In this document: positions 10,166 to 21,931 of the stretch, piece after piece
Layout: the number at the start of each line of letters is the position of its first letter
How positions within the stretch are numbered: the first letter of the stretch is position 1
Origin: Kudoa neothunni
Lineage: Eukaryota; Animalia; Cnidaria
Assembly: GCA_964304625.1 (NCBI GenBank)
Contig: OZ199840.1
Coordinates: 1,633,159-1,679,555, forward strand
Length of the DNA: 46,397 nucleotides
Direction: 5' to 3'
Program-made: the position numbers and the translations under genes
Notes under the pieces: model-generated
The model's database searches: none
What the model was told of the DNA's origin: nothing
Seen by the model: the letters and a program-made list of their open reading frames with translations, nothing else

Positions 10166-13163
10166 ATGAATACTTTTGTTAAGTTCTTTGGAATTTTCCT
10201 CATCATAAATTGTAAAAATTTACAATAGTTTGAAAATTATTAATTAGGTAATAGTCAAATTCTTCCTGTTGAGTGCACAAGATCAACAGAGCTCTGCTTC
10301 AACAGCGACAGTGAACTCATTATCATACAAAATTTTTAAAGATGATAATGATATGAAGGTTCATTTAACATTAAGTGGTGGGACCGATATTTCTACAAAA
10401 AAATGTTACATTAAAAAGTCAAATGAGGCTGGTGAAGCCTACCAAGATATCGATTCTTGTACTGACAATGAAAGTTCATCACCTGATACCGCAAAATGTG
10501 TTAAGTCATGTAACCTAAATAATAATAAATTTACATATGTCGAATTGTCACCAAGAACAAAATATGTCGCAATTTTTGACGCAAATGAAGTTACACGAGC
10601 TGCTGCAAAATCCACTGGTGGAACCGTCTTTGGACTTGAGATACGTAAATTTATACTGTTCTAATTTTTAAAACAATATTTATAGCACTTTTGGTGAATC
10701 CGCAAGTATCAGTAAGTATTACAACTGATCAAAAATTGAAATTAAGTACGAAAACATGTAAAGCCGTTGCATGTCCCATATATTTCAAGAATGTTGAATA
10801 TGTTGCAGGAACAGTTGGAGGTAGCTGTACTGCAGATAATCAAAATAACGAAGTTGAATTTGATTTAATGATACCACATTATGAAATGAAATGCGTGGGT
10901 TATCCCAGCTTCTTTTATAAACTGCAAAATAAATATACATTGATGAACACTGGTGTTTATATACCGCAGTATTATGTGAAATATAATGACTCCGAGAAAA
11001 TAAAATACTTATTAGAATTCACCAATAAATTTCCATTTGAAATTTGTCGGTTTGCAATCAAAGAAGTGTCATCTTCAACCGGCGATAATACATCAACAGA
11101 TTATACTTCGAATTGTGGAGGGGCAGCTAAACCATGTTTTGCCCCATGCAATAACGTGGAACTTATTTTCGATAAGTCTAAAACGGTTGTCGAAATATTG
11201 ATACAAACGAGACATTTTTCACTACGAAAAAATACTGATAATTCTTATGATGGTTATAAACAAAAGAAATTTGGTAATTTATGAATGCTTATTATCTAAT
11301 AAACTATATTTAGTTGTTTCTAAAACTATTGCTGATGGTAGTTCTGTTGAAATGTTATCAGCTGATTCACCTACCGGCGTTACACTAGATGTGCGTTTAT
11401 TTAATCCAAATGCTAAACCAAAATTTACATCGTGTACTGTAAGTTATTATGCTGCTGATAAACCATCACCAGCCGCTGCATCCACTAAAGCAAAGTGTGG
11501 TGCAAATGATGAGCCGTGTGACACCGATTGTACTAACGCATTGATAATATTACAGTTAGCGAGCGGAAAACCCTTTATTCTTGAAATTAAAGCAGCAACA
11601 TCTGACTCTAACGAGCATGGTGTTCCTTCTGAATTTAAAGAGCATATATTTTTCAGAACAAGTATAAATAATAAACTTATTTAAATATTTGAATTATTTA
11701 GATAAATCTGCTTCAAAAACATTTTCCAATGATACACCTACCATACGTGATACAAGTTTATCTATAAAAGCAATTGAGGTTACAGAGACAGTTTCTAAAG
11801 ATGATATCACCTGTGCTTACTACCTTAGTCCTAAAGGGAAGGATGTTTATGTATGTGCAATGTGTCAAGATAGTTATCCTTGCAGAGGATACTGTAGAGA
11901 ACCCCAAACTATAATGGGATTAAGTCCAGGAAAGGAATATGATCTCAAGGTAGTTTCCCACAAAGATTACGGTTTCAAAGTTCACCAAATTACCACGAGT
12001 AACAAAATGCTCGTGTGATATGAAATAAATAATTATTTAGTAATGTCAACGCTTACACTTGAAAGGAAATTTTTTGGACAAAGGCTTCCAAGTGATAGGT
12101 TCATTGTTATCGCCACATCCAACGGCTGTTTGTCATTACAAAATAAAAGTCAAGAATGGCGAATCGTATGATTCAATATACGAATGTCCAGCAGCACCAT
12201 CAGCAGTAAGTACTGGAAGTGCTCCTGCAAAATCAATACTCTATAATAAAGGAGTGGCTAGATCGGCGGCCAAACAATCAACAAATGTAACACCTACAAC
12301 TACAACTACCAACACCATAATCCCTACTTGTCAAACATTGTCTTTATGTAGCAATATCGTATTTAGTGAAGGTTACGAAGCAGAAAAAAGAATACCAGGT
12401 TTTAGTGACGGCTGTCGGCAGGTCTATTGAAGTCACAATAGATATACCTAAAAGTAATAATGTTTCATTTAAAATTATATCTATACCTACAAATAAATCT
12501 ATTTTACGATAATAATTGTAAAATGTTGTCAATAAATTAATTATTTTATAAATGTAATTTATTGCTTTAATCTTTAATAAAAAGTTTAAATTAGACCCAC
12601 TTCTTAAATCTCCTAAAGACCCGAAAAAGGAAATAACAGTGGTGATCACACGTGTTGACAAAACTTTAAATGTAAAAACAACACTACCAGAAGGCATGAA
12701 TTCAAATTCGTTATGCAAATGGAAATTAACAAATTCGGAAGATACCTCCAATCCAATCATAAAAAAATGCATGATTATTGGTGAAGGTTGTACGGTGTTT
12801 CCTCCATGCAATGCATTCACCATTACCGAGGTCGAAGACATCAACAATTATCACTTAGCGGTATTTGTTAGTGGAAACGAAAGTTTCTATGGAATCGGGG
12901 AGATAAATAAGGGTAATTGATTTATTTTGCTTTATCAAATTTAATAATAAAAATATATATAGGTGAAGCCTCGAACAAATCAACGTAATTTTAATATGTA
13001 AATATCATTATAAATTTATTTAGATCTAACAATTCGATGTAAAGTGATCTGGAATTTCTTGTTTAATAATTATTTATTTAGAATTATTGCAGCTGTAGTT
13101 CCAGCTGCTATTGCTGTTATCGGAATTGGTTTCTACTTTGGTTACTGGAAAAATAGAAGTTAG
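10166..13163 (+). CDS. Type I membrane/surface protein with 6-7 Cys-rich FN3-like modules; two apparent +1 frameshifts
   Basis: Signal peptide MNTFVKFFGIFLIINFKFFLLSA after removing intron 10212-10254. Phase-1 exons of ~100-200 aa carry C..C..PC...C patterns and tyrosine-corner-like motifs (ELSPRTKY, GLSPGKEYDLKV, GYEAEKEYQVLV). Micro-exons at 12963-12984 and 13024-13038. TM helix IIIAAVVPAAIAVIGIGFYFGYW and a KNRS tail. Extra bases near 12062-12075 and 12384-12389 break the frame. Confidence 0.8.
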
Positions 13164-14229
13164 AGAAGTTTATATAAAGATTAATTTATACTAAGTAGAA
13201 TAGATTTAGATTATATTTTTGTTATATTATTTTTTTATTTAATAGAATTTTTTTTTATTAAAAATGGGACTCAAGACAATTTACAATTAGTTCTATTTAA
13301 TTATAATATACACAATTTAATTATGTAAACTTAAATAAATAAATTTTAACTTCATTATGTTGTTATAATTGTCATATGTACATTTTAAAAATGTTCGTAT
13401 ATTTATTGACTTTGTTCCAAATAATAACTGTAACCATCAATTATTAATGGTTCCTCACTTCCTTAAATTCTTATTTAAATTTAATATTATCCCTTTATCT
13501 GAAAATAATATTTTTACAAACAAAAATAAATGTAAAAACTATTATGATCCTAAAGGACATTATTTATTATGGGCCTACATTATCACACCCAAACAGCTGG
13601 GCACTGTGATATTAAATAGTATTAGTTATTCTAACTAATACAACGGGGCTAACTTCTATAAACTGATACAGTTATTCCATCTCTTGTTCAATTACAATAT
13701 TCGTTATTATATTGGTTTCTATTCTTTCTTGAAATTAACAAAAATCATACTTAAAATACATTTTTTATTAAAAAAATATCATATAATGTTTTTTACGAAC
13801 AAATAAAAATCATTTATTGTATGTTTTAATTTATGGTGGTACTAAAAAAAATATACAAAGATGATATGTTAATTTTTAAAATTAATATAACATCATAAAA
13901 TTTGTAATAACTTTGTTTGTAATCTTAATGGAGTCTATAGAATTTCATTGCTAACGAAATATATTCAATTTATTAAAAAAAATTTAGTGATATAAGATAA
14001 ATCAATCGCTTTCAACAATGATCTATAAAATGAAATAAATCGGAAATTTTCATTTTACCAATATTTTAGAATTTTTTTAACATAGTAGGTTTCTAGGCAA
14101 ACGAAGAGATTATTATGCTATTTACGTTTCTTTAACTCTGAAAATGAAAATACGTTTAGATCTATAATTATCAGCTATTAAATTTTTTCTATTTGTATTA
14201 AAAAAAGTCATATACTTTAATAATTTAAA

Positions 14230-16493
14230 CCCTCTAACAAACTCAATTCCGACCACCCTCCAACGAATTTTGGGGTAAAATGGACCCCAGGCCGAATTTG
14301 GTCTCAATTCACTGCTCGTTGAAAACTTTAAATTCTCTGAATCCAATCATTATTCTTTTAAAGTTATTATATATTCATAATTTAATTTTAAAATTAAGAA
14401 TTTTTCGTTTTCTAGGATTTTATATCAAGTACTTTACACCAAGCAGTTTTGGCTGCCGGAAGGATCCCCGTTCTTATTCTATAAAAACATTTATGAAATT
14501 ATAAAAAATAAAATATTCTAATCTCGAAAGGTTACATCCATTAAATATCGAGAAAAATCAAGGTTAATGTTTTCGATGTTGATCGAGCAATGATGATTGG
14601 TACCTACCAGCCGTTAGAAATGGAGGAGTAAATGGTTTTCTAACGAATTATGATTCTAATTGCGATGAAATTGGAGATATTATTGAAGAGTGTTTCTCTC
14701 TAAATCTCTTTATGAAAGTTCAAGTTATTGTGGAATCAATCACACTTATAGGGACAAAAATAATGTGTTCTGGTCTTCAGTTATGCCTTCAAGTGCAAAA
14801 ATCAAGAAAAAAAACATTTTTAACAAACCTCTAGGTCTGATTACATTTGCAAAATCCCAAATTTGCAATTTATAGAATAGTTTTTCTTTTTTTATGATGA
14901 ATTTTTCAATTCTGCCATTACTCACACTAATAAATTTGTTGCTTTTCATTACGGGTGAAAATGGAAAATCTAAATATAGTGAGTTATAATCCATACATGG
15001 GAATTTTTAAATATTTGTGAATCTTTAAATATAAAATGGAGTCTCTTATGCAATTGTAGAGTTTGAATAAAGGACATTGTATATTTCGTAGAATCATGCT
15101 GTTTTATAGATCTATCCAAATAAACAGAAATGTACCCTTTGATGACTGCACGAATAGAGTTTGTGATGAGAAGTCGATAAGTTTTTCCCGGAAGCCGAAG
15201 TTTTCAATAGGTGGAAAAGTATTTTGGCGATATGTCTATTTATCTCTGCTCATCTTACAGTTGGTTAACAATTAGTTTCATTAAGAGGCAGGTGTCCGTT
15301 TTCGCAGTATATTCCCTCCTAACTCGCGGTTTATACCATTAAATTTTTTTCTTTTAACTTACTCTAATACCAATTATACACGTTATATTTTCGTTTCTCT
15401 TGGAAGAAACAATGACGAAATTACTAAATGTGTTGGTGAAAATGTTGTTTTAGGGCTCTCGTCACGCTTGAAAAGGCCAGTAGAAACAATTTTGCGATAA
15501 TTTTTCCACATCGATTCCGTCGGCAGACAAACTTCTGAACCTAGATTTAATCCTTCTGGAGACTATTCGGCATAATAAATGGGATACCTAATTAATTCTT
15601 AAAATCATGTAATAGAGGGAGTTTATAGTTTAATTTTCCTAAAAAGGACAGCACAGTAATTTTACTGGCGACGTCCTCAAACAATGTAATTTATGCCACG
15701 ATCAGACAAAAAATCCCCAAGTTATTTTCGATTATAACAAAACTAAGGGTGTGTGGATACGGTAGATAATATACCGTCCACTACGAAAAATGGTGTATTT
15801 TATACGCTCGATTCTCTGATATAAAAGTACAGAACAAAGGTTATAGTTGCAACGAACATTCGAGAATTATTTGTTACAAACGGAAACAAAAAATGACTAG
15901 TAAAATTTATTTAGTTACAAATTATATTTTTAATTATTAATTCGAGACCTTTTAGCTTAGTTTAGGAATATATTAATTATTTGATTCTTAACTCATATTT
16001 TATTATGAGTGATTATCCTCTAGGTGAGATTGCAATTATAGATATGCCAAATTTTTGTATGAATATCAGATATCAGTTAGGTAATATTGTATTTTACATC
16101 GCTTCAAAAAAGTTTATAAAAAAATTATACGAATCTGTAAAATCCGAATCATGTTGTTACAAGTGAATTTACGTATTTTCAGATATTCGAATTTTGGCAA
16201 ATTCGACTATACTTTTAGTATCTAAATAATGTTGTGAAATGGTCACATGGTATATTAAAATATAATCTCATTAATATTTAAACATGTAAAATTAATAACT
16301 AAGTGTTGGGAAGACATCGACTTACATCACCACACAAGTAAATTATGATTATTTCGTTGTCGCTGGGGTAAAAAACTTATTAAAAAATAATTATATTTCA
16401 TAATATTGTTTATGAAAATATGCAGTAAAAATCTGGGTCCTCCTGAACCCCAAACCTGCTTGGTGTATAGTTGTTTTTGGAATTCTTGAAGGG
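14230..16493 (+). mobile_element. Decayed piggyBac DNA transposon
   Basis: Ends read TAAA|CCC... and ...GGG|TTAA. A subterminal inverted repeat pairs TACACCAAGCAGTTTTGG (~14435) with CCAAACCTGCTTGGTGTA (~16450). Broken transposase motifs (GENVVL, DNFSTS, TIRHNK, DYNKTKG) lie at ~15430-15770. Confidence 0.75.
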
Positions 16494-16616
16494 TTAAAAT
16501 AACTCTATATATTTTTCTTAAATTAATAGTAAAAATTATTATGAGTTAATCTGGAGATTTAAAAAAATTCTAGATTTAGAATCACGAGAAAAAATGGCAA
16601 TCATTTCTCCATTTAA

Positions 16617-19560
16617 TCCGTATCACAGGGGTTCGCCTCAATTCGAGGCGTACCGTTTTTTATGGAATACGGAGTGTCCGCATAAATAGGAAAAAATATT
16701 ACATTCTTCCAATTTAACCCCAAAAAATTATAGAATTTTAACAGTTAAAATATTTTTCAGCTTCATGGATTGAACAGAAAACACTCTTGCATTCTAAACA
16801 TCGATTAAACTATTTCCTATCCTTTTAACGAGGACAAAATACACAACGTTCCTGCTTTTATCTTTTGTTCAGCAGTTGTATGGGATCTTTTGACAGATAT
16901 GTTGGTTAGAGGATTTTTATGTAGTAACGGTTGATACCTTCAAAAAGGTTCGGCACAGTTTAACATTATCATTGAATATATTTTTATATAATGCAAAAGC
17001 ATTTAATAATGATATATCAATAATATTGAGCACGGTCGTGGGTCATCTTTATTAAATCTTCTTGAAGAAATAGATGGCAGAATTCTATCTATTGTATCTA
17101 TGCCACCCTTAGTTTTGTTGTACCAAAGAATTGTATTTGGCTATTTTTTCCGTTTCTTCGGAAATCTTTACATTTTATGTACCTGTAGACAACAGAATAT
17201 CACATTTTCCTCTTTTGTTAACGTTAACCTATTTTGTTTGAAGAAGGAAAATGTGGTGCTATTTAGCTCTCTTTGTTTTGATGGAAGAACACATGGAGGA
17301 AGATCTCTTTTATTATGACGAATTGTTCCCAAATAAATTAATTTTTTTTCGAACAACTTGGTTACCAGTTTCATCGATGAAAATAAGTTGTCAGCAGCAT
17401 TTGTTCTGTCTGAGTGAAACAACGGTTTTGTTAGAGATAAGACAATGTTCTTACCAACACTGAGGATCTTGTTTGTTTTATCTCCATTTCTTCCAAGATA
17501 CGGAGATATATTTACCACATATTTTCTTAAAGGATCCACCAAAAGGTAAAACCTCCAACCATATTTTGTTGGTTTCAGTGGTATATACTGCCTAATGGGT
17601 ATCTTCCTTTGAACGATACCAATTATTCACTAACAGTGACAACTTAATGGGGTGAAAAACGTAATGGAAGGATTTCTACCCACATATTCGAAAGTTGATC
17701 GAATTGGACAAAATTTATTGCGCACTCTTTAATTCGATTGGATGAATCATCAATGTGTAAACTTCTTAGTATTTGTCCAAATCGATTATAAGAGAATAGT
17801 TAACGATATATTTCTCTGCCTTCCGTTATATTAATAAATTCATGAAGAAGCTCTTACCTATATTTATGTAAATCTTTCAAAATGAGAGTTCCCAAGAATC
17901 CCTTTAACTCCAATTCATCTCGATCAGTCCATGAGTTTTTGAATTTATCTTTTCCAAAGGAATAGATATGCTTCATCACTTCATGGCATATTCCATTGAT
18001 AAAGAATATATAGGGGTTTTCGAGCTTTAATAACACTGTGTCAAGCTTTAACAACACAGTTTAAGGGTTTGCTGCACTAACTAATAAAAGAAATAATTTG
18101 AACTTTTTAAAAAGTCGAGATTAAAAATAATATTTTTATACACTTAACGATAAACGTGATTCAGCCTAAATGAAATAAACATTACTACATTAACACAGCA
18201 CTAGCTGTAACTCAAGATTAATAACAAATTCAATTGTTTTGATGCGCGAATAAAATAATAATGCCAAATCAGTAGGATATAATATACCCTCTTCTTAAAG
18301 ATGATACAATTTATATTTACTCCATAATAATTTCTCTATTGAGATAGCTGGAAACATATCGAAGCATCTTTCGATTGTATCCGGAACAATCATCAGGGGT
18401 GATAATTTTGAACCCATCATCTATCAGGTTTAAAAGATCAGGTTCATCCCTTGGTGAACCCCGTATAACATGTTTCTTCCATTTAGTGAACACATTTTCG
18501 ATCGAGTTAAAAAATGGCGAATATGGAGGCAGGCACATTAATATTAATTGCATATAGTTTAGCACATCTGCAAGTCCACGATAGTGATGAATTCTCGTGT
18601 TGTCCAATACGAAGCATGGATTATCTTCTTCGATCGAGCGGTAAAAATCTACCAACTCAATAAGATATTCCTTAAAATCTTCTCCATTCACTGATCTCCA
18701 GTTAATTGTATAAAATACCATACCGTATTTACTCACAGAGGCTACAACGGATATGTTCCTTATTCTAACGCCGCAAACAGGAATGTAAGCTGACGTACCG
18801 GCAAGGGAACGACCTTTTCTAGTTCGTGTCGATACACTAAAGCCAACTTCATCAGTGAAAATAAAATTTCTATCTTTTATCTCAAGATTTTTCGAGTTGA
18901 AGTTTGGAGCATACACAAAGCGCCATTCTAAAGTACTCTCATAATTCCTTCGTTCGGGGACAATTGTGACTATTTTTAACGAATAGTGGAATTGTTTCAT
19001 GCATCGGTTAATAATGTTCGTATTCACGCTCATTCCACAATCGTCAATTAATTTCAGGCGATGGGCTTTAAGAGTAATTGTTACGTCTTTGTCCACCCAA
19101 TTTCTAATCAACAACTTTTGGTTATCGGTTGGCTTAATGTAATAATCGCCACCCCGCTTTAAACATTCGACCTTTCCATCAATCAGGTAGGCTTTTACAA
19201 TTGAAGCAACGGTACATCGTTATACACCGACGTTTTCTGCAATTATAGAATTGTTATATATTTTTCACATTGGTTAATAATCATTGACCTTGTATCATAT
19301 GAGATTGTCTCTCTCTTTTTTTTGGTGGCTGTAATTTGAGAATTGTTACTGCTATATTTTTCATTTCATAAATATTGTGCAAATCAGCCATTTTATACAT
19401 TATTACCGCTCGATTGATATTTTCTGAATTATAAATTCGAATTCTCTACCTAATTAGATTCCAAATTAGGACAAGTGTTATTAAAGCTCGAAACCCCTAT
19501 ATTATGCAGGTACTTTTGGATCTGATAATTGATGTAAACAGCCAGAAAATTCCTTACTTA
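16617..19560 (-). mobile_element. Decayed piggyBac element (minus strand), interrupted by a Tc1-like insertion
   Basis: Fragments WTDRDELELKGFLGTLI, ADNLFSS, YLGTIRHNKRDLP and YNKTKGGIDTID, plus a C-terminal Cys-rich relic at ~16780-16850. The left boundary is inferred from TTAA (16613-16616) and the palindrome CGCCTC-AATTC-GAGGCG. The right boundary is uncertain. Confidence 0.75.
18011..19499 (-). mobile_element. Tc1/IS630-family DD34E transposon with TIRs and TA target duplication
   Basis: ~27-bp TIRs TAGGGGTTT(T)CGAGCTTTAATAACACT flanked by TA. Transposase ORF 18317-19114 has IFTDE, VLDN and PPYSPFFNSIE (34 residues between D and E). The N-terminal HTH region is interrupted by a stop. Confidence 0.92.
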
Positions 19561-19628
19561 TGGTAACGATATTGATTTTATTTGTACTTTTAAGTAAAAG
19601 GACGATTTTAATTAATGGTATTATCTAT

Positions 19629-19736
19629 TTAAATGTGAATTAAAAGTTGTATTTAAAATAGTTTCTCTGTGGCACATGTGCACTTGTGCACAAAGGAAAA
19701 CAGACAGACAAAGGATTATATATACACATATATAGA
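19629..19736 (-). repeat. Second copy of the Helitron-like 5' terminal segment
   Basis: Aligns with 8647-8750 (AAATGTG..TAAAAG.TGTATTTAAAATA...GGCA.ATGTGCACTTGTG..ACAGACAGACAAAGG). Ends in TATAGAT, which reads A|TC on the minus strand. Confidence 0.55.
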
Positions 19737-20884
19737 TTTCATAAATTTTATAAACGCAAAATACGCATGTTTTTTCATAAATAAAAATATAAATACAATA
19801 AGAAACCAATTTCACATACTTGCGTGCGCAACTATTTCTGAAAAATTGACATTTCATGATTAAGTTGCGTTTAAAAAGGCCAATTAAATATATATATATA
19901 TATATATTAATTTTTTTGAAAAGAGAATTAAAACTCAAGGAACGTGTTAACATCACGAAAATATTTTTCGACGATCTATGAAAGACTCCTTTGTTGCTAT
20001 CGGTAGAATAAGCCAGCTTTGTGTACATTGCAAATGAGATTTACAGAGTATCTCTTAAGAAATGTTCTGATTTGATTGGTTTACTCTGAACTAGTTTCAG
20101 GTGTAGCATCAGCAGATTAGCTAATAAACATTGATTTTTTAATGTTGAAGTTTTTTTACACAACAAAAGCTTCAACGAATTGCACATGAAGGTAAAAATT
20201 TCGCTTTGGCTAATTGATTTCTATAAATGATTATCGTGAGGACTTTTACAACAATCTTTTTGCTTCGTGTCCACCCAATCCACTCATATACATCACATCG
20301 ACGGAATTAAATTATCCTGCATGCAAATAATTTCTATTTTTAGATTCTAAAAACATTTATGAGTTTTGAGTATTTTATTTTCCTTCTCTAGGCTGTTATT
20401 ATGAGTCGAGATAACAGATATTTCAAAACGTTATACAGTGACAGTTTTTTGGCATTATATATCGACTTAACTAATTAATAAACAAGAAGTATCTGATAAA
20501 AGCGCGTGAAAATTGTCGATCACGTGACTTTTGATTAAATTAATTATAAATTTTTAAAATAATTTTTATAAAAGTTTTGACTGAAATATTATAATAAACA
20601 TATTATATAAACAATGACCAATCAATATTCTAACTAATTCTAACTAAATGGGTTTTTAAAAAGTGCGTGAGATTGGTTACTTACTGTACCACTCAATTTA
20701 TAAAAATAATTGATTATGCTTTGTGGAAAAATCGGTATTATCGAAAATAACAGAAAAATTCTATTATCTATCTATTAACTATAGATAGATAGATATAATA
20801 ATAATGATAATAATAAATCATTAGAAACTAGTCAGGTCGTTAGTTGGCACCAAAGCTTTACTGATTATGCTTTAAATTAGTCGT

Positions 20885-21931
20885 CTACGTCTTAGTGCTG
20901 ACATAGTCACCTGTAAACATAAAATATTGCATCAATCTCTTGATCACCTAATTTTAAGGATAAAATACAATCAAGTTTATTCACAATCTAACATCAGTAG
21001 TATGTTCCTTGGTTTTTTCGGGACCTTCTGCTGGCATTTTGATTAGTCCAAAAATAACATGGGATATAAAAGGGTATAGATGAACTGGCCTTGTTCGAAA
21101 TATTTGCTGATTCATTATCAAAGAAAAAAGAGAACGTAGTAAGACTTCCATCGTTTTAAGTCTAGTATGACCCAATTCTTTCAAAAAGTTATATTCCTTA
21201 ACAGATTTAGTTTTCACTAAATTTTGGTTATAGGTTAGTAAACAAAATCCACATACATATATTATTCACAAAACTTTGGGTTTTGTCATGAGGAATTAAA
21301 GGTCCAATATGGGCCAGAAACATTCGTTCCAATGCGCCTGCATATGTCTGAACATCATAGCGAGCCTAAATTCGATTGATAGAGTTGTACAAAACGGTAT
21401 TGAACACTTGTTTTTTAATCTTATTTCCTTTTAATATTTTTTTGATAAGTTCTTCTATTTTTGATTTTTTGCTTTAAAGTAATATAATGATGAATTATCT
21501 TATGATCGAAAATTACCCCGGAATTACTCCAATATTTGCAATGTCTGTATGCTTATAATTCACTATAATATCCATTATTTCCCTCTAAAAAAATATTCAC
21601 AATCAAATATTTTCCGCATATCATACAACAAATGATAAACATCCAGTATCATCTTTAGGTAGCTTATAAAATAAATCCTAATGAAAATCAATTTTGTTCA
21701 TCCACACTAGTTAGTACCGTACCGATTCTGTGTCTCTGTATCTAAGTGGCACCACTTTAAGGTGTATTAGAAAATTTCTATCACAAATCAAAGCCAACAA
21801 GCAATGTGATTACCAATATAAAACTTGTTTATATTGTCTTTAGGATCGACTTCCGGCGTTGATAGTAAAACAACCCCTTTTAAGTGAATTGAGCATGTGA
21901 AGGCGAACAAAATCAGTATTCCATCCATCAT
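20885..21931 (-). CDS. Orphan, probably secreted protein (~235 aa, 8 exons)
   Basis: Seven GT-AG introns of ~39-47 nt give a continuous frame: MMDGILILFAFTCSIHLKGVVLLS...DLFYKLPKDDTGCLSFVREIMDIIVNYKH...ARYDVQTYAGALERMFLAHIGP...VHLYPFISHVIFGLIK...VIKRLMQYFMFTGDYVSTKT*. The N-terminus is hydrophobic. Only one exon pair appears in the ORF track. Confidence 0.7.

Noticed and set aside
12344-12847. 167-aa minus-strand ORF
   Set aside because: Antisense to exons of the surface-protein gene, with no independent features.
19621-20028. 135-aa minus-strand ORF
   Set aside because: Runs through a (TA)n microsatellite and the Helitron-like repeat; a low-complexity artefact.
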